64,000 nt of DNA from Ophelia neglecta (lineage: Eukaryota), in NCBI GenBank assembly GCA_965285935.1, contig OZ260661.1:100006001-100070000 (forward strand), written 5' to 3'. The position numbers and the translations under genes are program-made. Shown here piece by piece: positions 1-10,200 of the stretch. Under the pieces are notes generated by a model. The model was not told where the DNA came from. It searched no databases and was given only the letters and a program-made list of their open reading frames with translations. Numbering within the stretch: the stretch's first letter is position 1; each line of letters opens with the position of its first letter.

Positions 1-3000
1 TCTTGTTTTAAACATTAAGTTTCGTATAATAATATGACCGTTTAACACTTGGCCATACACACAAAACATGACATTCCATGTTTTTATGTTAAATAATTAA
101 GTAAACAATATTTGATATTCTTTTTGCTGCGTTAGAATTTTCATCTTTTATTCTGATTCGCCTTAACTTAGTGCATGGTTCTGTGAAAATAATACCCCAA
201 GGGGTAGTCGAACAATTAGTAACCAGCTATTTAGGTCTTAGCTATTGAAGTACCAGGCATTAAATGTCCCCAAGTGGAACCCAATTTGTAGGGACCTAAT
301 GGCTGGCACCGATAGGCGATGAACTACAAGGATGGTACCTCCCGGAAATAAAAAAAATTCCGATCTGTTAAATAGCTCTAGGACTATAGTCACAAGACTT
401 AGCAAATAGGGCTGCACACACAAAAAATGTACCTTTCCAGAATCTGATATGATGAGAACATTGTCTCGATACTTAATGTGCTTAGCACATGGACACAGCA
501 TTAATTGTTTCAGCTGCGAACATGTACATTGTCTCAGCTGTGAAAAGAATCAAATTGGACATTTCCAGTCCCGAGTATTTGGTGAGGTGCGAGAATGTGA
601 GGTGGAAGGTGGCTACTTCCGGCATGATTTGCAGAATATTCCAAAGAGATGGACAACTTAATCCCTTAAGATAATTTTTGCATCTTAAATGTCGCCCACA
701 TTTTGACGTCAAGAAGTCGACAGTAATGACCAAACGTACCAAAGTCAAACCATTTTCTTTCCCGCATTTAGGTCATAAACATGAGTTGTACGACGATGAG
801 AGAGGATCTCTTCAGAACTAAAATTTGACAGTTGTGATATAATTTGACCAATCTGACCACATCAGTTCAACACTTGATTATAAACCCCCCACAAACAGAA
901 TTGTCAGCCATTTTAATAGATGTCCTTCAAACCACAACTTTATAGCATTGACCTCATTGCGGGGGCAGAGATTCCTTTGAAAAGGCTAATTTATATTGTT
1001 ATTTTCCATCTAGCTTATGAGTATCACGGGATTTACTCAAAACAGGGCTATCCCATTCATCGTCTGCAAGTTCTATGGCATTGAAAAGCATCTTTTCTGA
1101 TCATAGAGGTATTTAACGACCATCTTTAATGATATCGGTAAGCACTTTTACAGTTCATCCTTTGATAGACTCTGTCAGGGCTCAAGTTAACGTTACAACA
1201 CTGCATTGCAAGGATTTGACAAATAAACTTGGTTTACTTGGCAAATATTTCTGTTGTCTTTTCTCGCCGTAAGTTCATAATAAAGAACTCGGCAATATTA
1301 ATATTTGTTTCGGGCTTTCAGTGTTCTGCCAGACAAATATTTGGGTATCATCATAGGGGCAATGACGGCCGAGGATCACTTGACGGTTTTAGTAACTCCA
1401 GCTTTTCCTCTTTTATAAGCAAGCATGCAGACTTCAAACAAAAAATGAGAGATTTTGCCTTCAGACGTCCTGCGACATCATTTAGGTTGCACTCCAGGGG
1501 ATAAAGGGCCACTTAATGTCCAAAACAATAAGGGAACTGCTACAAAGGCATGGTGTGTTATGGTATGAATGAAGCCCTTGACGCAATGCGCTTTGATCCT
1601 GCACCAGATTCACACCTGCAGAAACAAACCTTAAACAGTAATTTGCTTTACTTGCCGTTTTTAACAAACAGCAAGGGCGGGATACACATATAGCTAAGTA
1701 CCGACAAATCGCTGCAAAAACATATCAGTAACATTTTGTCCGGGCTGTTTAGCCGGCAAAGGGCAAGCTGTCTTTAATCGACTGTGCTATATGGTTTCAG
1801 CGGGTGGGCGCCGCGGGTGTTAATTGTCACACCACCCCTTAATACCGACACGAGGGCACCCGGCGAGAGAATACACAACCCCAGCGGGAAATACACATCC
1901 ACAAGACACCAAACGACACTGAACATTGAGATATGACTAGTGATATCACCAGCCTGTTCAGTTGTCGGCATGTATATTACCATCTCTATTGACATTTGCC
2001 TGGCTGGGACTGTAAATCCTGTCCGCCATCTTTGGTCGAGCACTGTTAGTCACTCAAACTAAAATATGCGACATAAGCTACACGCTCCGCCCCAAAATGG
2101 CCGACCATCCTTCATACAAACTTAATAGAGATTAATGGGTAGATATGCCTACTTGATAGCAACCATTTGGTATCTCTTCTACATCAGAATCCTCATGATA
2201 GTCGCTTACCCAAGAGGTACTGCTTGCAAGATCATTTATAAATATATCCTGCTCCGAATAAGAATTATGGCATGCAAGGGAAACGCATGAAAAAATGAGG
2301 TGTCTATTATTACCACTCGTTATAAATGAACTGGTGTGAAATTATAACTGTTCTATAAGCTTCATCAAAAATTCAAAACAACATTTTTTTCGGGGGGGGG
2401 AAGGGGGGGCGAGGGGATAGAACACCGTAGACCATGGAACATCATATTCATTTTGATGTTGACAATTTTTAAACCGTCGGGCTTGTTATAGTATATAATA
2501 TAGTTTCTGGCCACCCATATTTATCTAATCAGAGAAAGTTGCCTGACGAAGATGATTTAGGGGGGCCTACCACGAATACTACCAATTTATGAAGTCCATT
2601 GAATGCGTTTCCAGAATATAAAAGCCATCTCGAGCAAACATGAATGTTTCTTCACTTTGATACAGTAGCTATTTTCTGGAGTAAAGCTTTTACAATATAA
2701 TAAGAGTGCAATTATAATGTACATGATTTTATGGTCCTAGACACGTTTTAGCATCACTTGGAATATTTCATCCAAGTGTTACGCTGTTTTCTATGCGGTG
2801 GGTTCATGAAGGGATTACAATAGACCAAAAAGCTACCAGGTGCAAACGAAGCAACTATTCTATCAGTGGCGTTCAAAAGAAATCAAAATAAGGCGAAGCT
2901 TGTTAAATCGCGCCGAGGAATCCCCCTTTTCAACCAAACTTGAAAGGGCTTTAATATCGCCTTTAATAATTCTGGCCCATTGAAAGAGGTCTCGATGGCT

Positions 3001-3668
3001 GAGTTGGCCTATTCTAAGGTGAAAGCTATTTTGCTGGTTGGAGGTAATAAACTTGAAGTGGTGGTATACCTCTAGTCCGGAAAGCACTAAGCTTCCTCAC
3101 AATAGGTAACTAATACCCGAGATTTTCACTTTAAAAGAGGAAATGTGTTCCGGGCATTTATAAAATGTGCAGTTCTATCAACTTGGTAAAAATAGGATGA
3201 TATGACTGTGTACAATAAGGTTTTCATTACCAGTTATATTATTGTAAAAATAAGTGCTCGTCATCCTGGTACGGACCATTTCTTATGCATTAACCAATCT
3301 CTGCTACACCTAGTTTTCATAGTAGTCACAAATTGATATTTTATGTGAAGTATGCAGTAATCAATGAAAGGCCTGTGTCTTGTATGCATCGTTTATTTTG
3401 TTCAAATTTGGTGATTCTGTTATTGCTTTCTTCCATGTTAAGACTTGTACGTGGTCAAGATTATTCAAGCACCCCACAGTTCACCTTTTCTTTTGTAAAA
3501 TGCTCATAGGGGGCGGTTATAGGTATCTTACTCCAATGTTTGGTTATAGTGGAACGAGGCAAATACATGCTGCCATAATGAGAAAAATATTTACATTATG
3601 TTCAAGGCATCGACCCATTATACTCCAACATGACATGAGTGGCATGTGCTACTTTCCAAATATGGCGT

Positions 3669-3820
3669 ATGCTAATGAGTGGGTGGAGGGGACGCCGCGG
3701 TGTCAGGTGCACAGCCAATCAGCAACTAGTCTCGTGCGCCTATCAGCGACTAGGAGGAGGTGGGACAATCTTGATAAAGAGGCATATATTTACCAAGGGT
3801 CAAGCTATCCTACCAGTATT
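3669..3820 (+). promoter_or_regulatory. Probable FoxA core/proximal promoter, TSS near 3815
   Basis: Octamer-like ATGCTAAT at 3669, CCAAT box (AGCCAATCAG, CCAAT at 3715-3719), GATAA at 3773, TATA-like TATATTTA at 3785, and Inr-like CCAGTATT with its A at 3815, 30 nt after the TATA. Confidence 0.6.
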
Positions 3821-3916
3821 TGTGCTTGAACATTTCGGCGAGAGTGGACATCTTTCTCTCTCGCTTTAATACGGCGAATATATACACCAATATATTGTGA
3901 ACTTTGAATCTCGTGA

Positions 3917-3964
3917 ATGTGTACCCTGTTGGGATCGCACCGAAAGCTGGACTCCTGCCTCTAA
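3917..3964 (+). other. Upstream ORF (15 aa, MCTLLGSHRKLDSCL) in the putative FoxA 5' leader
   Basis: Only ATG between the predicted TSS and 4084; weak context; stops at TAA 3962-3964. Confidence 0.4.
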
Positions 3965-4083
3965 ACGCTGTTTATTGTCCAGGTCTTGCGCAGATCCAGT
4001 GTGAACGTTGTTATTGAGAGGTGGAGAGGACTTGGATATTCACGGAAGTTGAGTCGAGATAGCAGTAAGCCACAGACGACACC

Positions 4084-4756
4084 ATGTTGGCCGCCAAGTC
4101 CCCCTACGACCCCAATGCGAGTGGGGCCTACTCGATGCCCAGCATGACTATGGGGTCCACTTCGATGTCTTCGATGCCCATGAATTCCATGGCATACAGC
4201 AACATGGGGGGCATGGGCTACAATCCTCAGGCAGCCATGTCTCAAATGAGCTCTATGCACGGGACGACAGGCATGAGTCCCGGCATGGGAGGCTCTCCCA
4301 TGGGCGCCATGGGTACGATGATGGGCACCCAGGCCATGAATACGATGGGCGGAATGAATATGGGCATGAACGGCATGGGACAACCGGCGGGCTTGGGCAT
4401 GGGCATGACGGGCGTCAACTGTATGACAGGGATGACCGGCGGGCCCATGTCCCCCGTCTCGCCTGGCATGGGGGCTATGAACAGCATGAACAGCATCAAC
4501 CGCGCTCGGGAGAAGACCTACCGGCGCTCGTACACCCATGCCAAGCCACCCTACTCCTATATCAGCCTGATAACCATGGCTATCCAGAACTCTCCTAGCA
4601 AAATGTGTACCCTTAGTGAGATCTACCAGTTCATTATGGACCTGTTTCCATTCTACAGACAAAATCAACAACGTTGGCAAAACTCCATCAGGCATAGTCT
4701 ATCCTTTAACGACTGCTTTGTCAAAGTGCCTCGTTCTCCGGACAGGCCGGGTAAAG
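4084..4756 (+). CDS. foxA: FoxA (forkhead/HNF-3) transcription factor, coding exon 1: Met/Gly/Ser-rich N-terminus and most of the forkhead domain
   Basis: ACCATG start with an in-frame TAA upstream at 4066. Translation contains [81 protein letters not shown], diagnostic of the FoxA class. Ends at donor AAAG|GTGAGG (phase 1). Confidence 0.97.
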
Positions 4757-5307
4757 GTGAGGACATATTTAATTCTCATTTATTTCCATTACAATGATTA
4801 GTATCAATACGGTCTTAAACCCGTCTGCTCTAATTTTAAGCCCTAGCATGTATTTATTTTTCAATATCAGGTTTGTCCCAACGTTTTTATTGTAAACATT
4901 GTGTCACGTTCTTTCCACAATATTTGAAAGCCTCTCCATGATCACAGTATAGGCCAGTACAGGCGTACTAGTTGATAGGCGTGCCTCAGAATAACATAGG
5001 TGTCAATTGCAATTTAAAATTTTGGCAAGTATGGCATCTTTCTGCGAAGCACATTTTGTGCTTAAGACGAGTTTCACATCGCCGGCTTCATGTGGCACAA
5101 CCACGAGTAGGCCTACGTGTTATCGGCTTCGGACTATACAAATTAAAGGAAATTAAACAAAAAACCGGTGCCAAGAAATAGTAACATCAGCTAATTGATA
5201 CTCAGTAATTTTCCAATGGGAATTGGTGGCAAATTCCATTTTCTACCTTTAAATTATTCTTTGAATTTCTGTAGACTAAAACAACTATTCTATTGGTTAT
5301 TTTGTAG
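4757..5307 (+). other. foxA: FoxA intron, 551 nt, GT-AG, phase 1, interrupting the forkhead domain at PGKG|SYW
   Basis: Donor GTGAGG at 4757 and acceptor TTATTTTGTAG ending at 5307. Splicing restores GGA-TCC-TAC-TGG (G-S-Y-W) in frame. Confidence 0.95.
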
Positions 5308-6086
5308 GATCCTACTGGACCCTTCACCCTGACTCGGGCAATATGTTCGAGAACGGCTGCTACTTGCGACGTCAGAAGCGTTTCAAGTGTCCGAAGAAGG
5401 AGACAATTAGACAGGCGCAGAAGACATCCTCACAGACGGTCACGAGTCCCGGGGGCACTCCCCTCGAGTCTGCCGACTTGAACGGCTCTCATGAAGAAGA
5501 CCCAGACAGTGAGGATGAAGGTGACTATAAGCCACAACACCTGGATCCCCAGGTGAGCCAACAACAGCAGCAGCAGCAACAACAACAGCAACAACAGGGT
5601 GGGCCAGACAGCCATCTGCCTCCCCAGCATCAGGGCCATCCGCAGCACCCTCAGCACCATGGGGGTGTCAACTCCGTCGATACTACCTCGCCCCTCAACC
5701 GCCAGCCTAAGGTGGAACCCGGCGATATGCCAGTCTCTACGGCCCCCGGCATGATGCCCAGCCAGGCCCAGGCGCCCATCTCCAGCGAGGGACATATGCC
5801 TCTCCGGCCCATGACCCACGACGGCAATTTGGCTCACATGCACCATCATCCGGCGATGATGATGAACGGGCAACACTTCAACCACCCATTCTCCATCACG
5901 AACATTATGTCTGCAGAATCGAAACAGCAAATGGACTTGAAAATGTACGAGCAAATGCAGGGGGCCTACCCGACATACGGTCAGATCTCACCAGTGTCAC
6001 ACATTCCGAAGGAGGGAACACCAATGCCAGGGGGTGATGGCAACTACTACAAAACATACACCCCCCACTCGACCGCCGGCTTGTGA
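5308..6086 (+). CDS. foxA: FoxA coding exon 2: end of forkhead domain, polyQ, EH1 motif, C-terminus; spliced protein 483 aa
   Basis: Reads [28 protein letters not shown] (FoxA wing 2), then HPFSITNIM (EH1/HNF-3 region II, 5883-5909), and ends [16 protein letters not shown]. Exons of 673+779 nt give 1452 nt = 484 codons. Confidence 0.97.
5559..5597 (+). repeat. Mixed CAA/CAG tract encoding 13 consecutive glutamines in FoxA
   Basis: caa caa cag cag cag cag caa caa caa cag caa caa cag, in frame. Confidence 0.95.
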
Positions 6087-7265
6087 CTAGAGGAACTCTA
6101 GGCTAAACAAGGCGGAGAGCACTCAACTCTGTCACTAACTCTTTTCATCACAGCTCATGGAGGCACGAACTCTTCACAAATTTGCCAGTTCCAGGGTAGA
6201 ATTGCGGTTCTAACCGGGAACTGGTCACCTCGTTCAGAAAGCAAAGAACAGTCTACCTTAATAATCCCAGAACATACGACAGTTCAGGAACTTTCTCGAT
6301 ATGGTCTTTACAATGTGGAGGCTACATCGTATACTCAAACACTTTGTGCTACAAATCGTTTTATGTACGTTAAAATCATCGTCTAGATGAAGTGTATACC
6401 AAAGATAATCTGTGTCAATGGACTCGGCGACTCACATAATGAATCTAGGGTCTATGTACTGCATTTTCACAGATAACAAAGCTGACTCTAAACAGTTCTA
6501 AAGTGATTAGCAAAGAGATTGATAATTATTGAGTATTGTACAATAAGGAACTTTCTACGCAATATTTTGATGTCAGCGCGATGAATCCGTATCTCAGTTT
6601 ATTTTGTTGAAGCCATGCTGAACAACTTCACTTTTGTGCAAAGGCATGTAAGTTGAGTTTCGATATTTGTATTCAAAGCTGCCTTTATTATTTAGGCCCA
6701 ACAATGAACAAGGAACCAGGCTTTTTACTTTAAATTATTAGCTCAAATTATGGTCTATATTTTAATAACAAATGAATAATTTCCTCAAGTGTTAAATTGT
6801 ACAAATTTCTGCATTGCTGCTTTTTATTTGAATATGGATCTGTGTTTAATTATATTGGAGTTTAAGCTGTATATATTTCGGTAGATTGGGAAACACGATG
6901 TAAATGTTTTAGACTCCTTTTCCCAATTCTAAAATTATTATTATTATATATATATATAGAGTTAGATTGATGTGATTTCTATTTCGAGATAGACATATAG
7001 ATCATGAATTCAAATGTTTTTTGCAAGTAATGGTTGCTTCATATATATGTTGAATATATAGAAAATAAACGCTGTTGCGTTGACAATTTATATGGACTCT
7101 TTGGAGGTTTATTTTTGTTCGGTTTAATGACATCCAAATGTGGGAATAAACATTCATATTTTCTCTAAATATGCATATTTTCATCTCAATGTAAATTCAT
7201 CTGTCCAAGTATTCAGTGTTTATATTGTCGATATGGCCATTAAATGAACAAATATCATCAATGAA
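6087..7265 (+). other. Probable FoxA 3' UTR
   Basis: Increasingly AT-rich after the stop; Pumilio-type TGTATATA at 6868; ends at the poly(A) signal candidates. The end is approximate. Confidence 0.55.
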
Positions 7266-7285
7266 AATATTGTTGTTGCTCGCTT
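7064..7285 (+). terminator. Candidate FoxA polyadenylation signals
   Basis: AATAAA at 7064 and 7145; ATTAAA at 7239 followed about 30 nt later by a GU/U-rich tract (TTGTTGTTGCTCGCTTTT). Confidence 0.5.
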
Positions 7286-10200
7286 TTATATATATATTAT
7301 ATAGATGTATGTATATAATGTGTATATCTATATAGGCCTATATGTACATAATGCTACATATACTCGAACAGATTTAAAGTGCGTGTTGAGCTAGGCCAAG
7401 ATTCAGTTACTTAACTTATTACGAGGGCCGATTTCAAATCGAGACGGCAAAAAAGCCTTATTCTTGTGAAACATGCAGACTCCATTTTGTTTGTAATTGT
7501 TTGGTGCAAAATAGAAACGTTAAAGCCGCAGTGTGTTTAATTCGAGCCTGTAGTTTTATCTTAGGCTAAGGCCACACAGAGATATGAAGTACTATCTTAC
7601 CTAGGTATTGGTTGCTAGGCTCGCGTGAGCCGAATTTTGTGGCGTAGATTTGCATGCTAGATAAGGCCGCCATTTCAGCCATAACGGGAGGGGGGGCACG
7701 ACTTAAAGCATTGTGCCTATATTCACGCGCACAAAAAAATATTGGCCGGCTGGACAGAAACCGGCATGTAGCTTCAATTGTATGCATAAAGATATCGGTT
7801 TTATGTTCGGTTCGAGGAAATTCCTGCTGTTTCATATAATTATCCAATTCCTAATAACTACTCTGAAATTTACATAATTCACCGCGAACAGGTATACACA
7901 TCTGCAATAAGTAAGCCATTGTTGTGTATTCCTGCGTCTGCGCGCCGGAGTGACACCTGCCATATTTGGAGCACTTGTCAGCCGAGCTTATCTGGCGGGA
8001 ATTTCAGCTGACAGCAGGTTGAACTTGACATACCCCCGAAACCCCAAATAACCGTATTGCACCATAGCAACTAACATAATTTGACTTCCCGTTTATAGAG
8101 ATATTTTGGGACTAGTGACACAGTAATGTCAAATCATTATCCTTTACTCGTGAATAAATTAGGTAGATTATAAAATTGGCTTGTGCTAAAATACACCACA
8201 CCAATTACAGTACTGCGGCGACCTTAAGGGGTTGCAGTCACGATATAGTCTACCCTAAAATATCAATTTCGAACTAGGGAGCTAATATAATAGAGAAACC
8301 ATGTATAGTTACCCAATCACTCGCTTCATTCTGAAAAGTCGTTCGAGGTAACCAGGAGACACAGGTTGATGTAATACCTTTAGTTATAACCGGCTTAAAG
8401 ATATCGGGAATATAGAGCCATGTTCTAATATAGGTCTTAGAGTTTTATTATACACTTGACCTTACTTAGATTCACTAATTTAAGAGAAAAAAATCTTATC
8501 ATTAGCAAGAGTTGATACTTTGATATATGAAAATGTTGTTGTTTATTGTAGCAATGATTAATCACAAGATATAATTAGATAAACATTAACTGCATGGGAG
8601 GTTTTCTAAATCACTATTTCGCCCATTTAGTCCTGTAGCCCAAGACATGCAGGCCTTTATACCATTCACAGAACAGGCTAGTAAATCATAGCGGCTTAGG
8701 CCGCCATCATAACATTGGACTCGCTATACGATTGTTGTTGTTCCACTTAAAGTATTATTTCACTGGAGTGAAAAATCGTGTAAGGTGATAAGTACTTTTC
8801 ATTCACTCTCGGTATCGCCACAAGCTTATAAAAATATGGAAACATACTGCTCAATATTTTCAACACAAATTTGAAAATACAATGACACGGAACTGTATGA
8901 AAATGCGAAAAACAAATAAATTTCATTCTTGAATAGCAGGTCGAAGAAGAGAATTGGTGTACACCGGGCAACTGGTTAGTAGAAAGAACATCAGATTAGT
9001 GTGTTGACACCTAGGTTGGCACACAAAATAATACACAGATTTTAGCGCAATTATTTTCTAAAACATTGTTTTTTCAGGGTTTAGGTGATTATACTGAGAA
9101 ATGGCTCGCGACAGGAAACAAACGAATACCTTAGAAAAATAATCTCTGATTTTTTCTTGGGGCCGTTTACTTTAGTGTTCTCAGCTCAATTTTCTTTTCT
9201 TCTGTCTGGGGAGGTTAAACATTGGCGCTTGCGGACACAGTAGATACTTACCATAAGTCGATGGGGTGGTGGGCACGGCATTTACCGCACATTGATCACA
9301 GAACAATGTGTTCTTTAATCAACCACTACCATATTAAGAATTGTTGTCATCTACCATTGTTAAGGTCATCAACAATTAAGGATTATGCTTTATAATCCTT
9401 TCACTCGTTTAACATGTTGTTGTAGCCTTTATCCAGCATATATAAGCTTTGATGCCCCCTTTGTGTTTAAGGTGAGAAAGACTACTTAAGGCTTAGTACA
9501 ATTATAATTGATCGCGATGGTTTCGAAACGGTCGTCTGCCGATATGCCCATCCGTTCAAAGTCCATCAGTTGTTTATGTCGTCTTAATTTCTTATTTCAA
9601 ATGTGTCAACAAGCTTGCTGTGAAGTCTGGTTGTAGAATTGTGATCTTATGTACCAGGCCTATTTATTATTAACAAAATTTATATCGAAATTGTTCTACT
9701 TTTCGTACATTGTTACTTTGAAAATAATATTGGTTCCAACAGTTGCTATACGTGCATGTAGGCCTGCGCAAAAAGGTAACAAAAAAAGACATCTGCTTTG
9801 CACCTGAAATTGGATTTGTTTTATTTATAGGCCTACTTCCGAATCGATTTTTTTACTATTTTGCTTAAAACATCAGATATAAATTTAAAAGGCCTTATTT
9901 GTGTACAACTTGTTTATTGATCCTTGGCTAAGACCATGGTTCAAAATGAAATTCAGCAATTGCTATTTCACATAAGTTCATCTTCAATTTTTATTTTTGT
10001 GCAGAAGTGATTTAATACAGGTACAAGCCAGGCTATAATACACCATCCATATAATTTGAGGCCTATATACAAATCGTGCGTTCGTTAACGCCTGTGGCCC
10101 AATAGCAGACGACTTTGGATTGATCTTTTCCCGCCGAGATGGTCCTACACCCACAATGAAGCCGAGGTCGATGGTAGGGTCGCGCAGTTCACTCGATGTA

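Noticed and set aside
3961-5954. Long antisense ORFs (3961-4695, 4242-4499, 5430-5954)
   Set aside because: Shadow frames of GC-rich, repetitive FoxA codons; no independent signals.
6379-6430. SECIS-like pattern ATGA-N10/11-AA...GA downstream of the FoxA UGA, which would imply selenocysteine
   Set aside because: Spacing is borderline and the upper helix has only about 6 pairs with mismatches. Sec in a forkhead-factor tail has no precedent I know of; UGA-CUAG leakiness is the simpler explanation. SECISearch would settle it.
7618-7628. GGCTCGCGTGA matches the 3' half of miR-375
   Set aside because: The seed/5' half (TTTGTTCGTT) is absent and there is no precursor hairpin.
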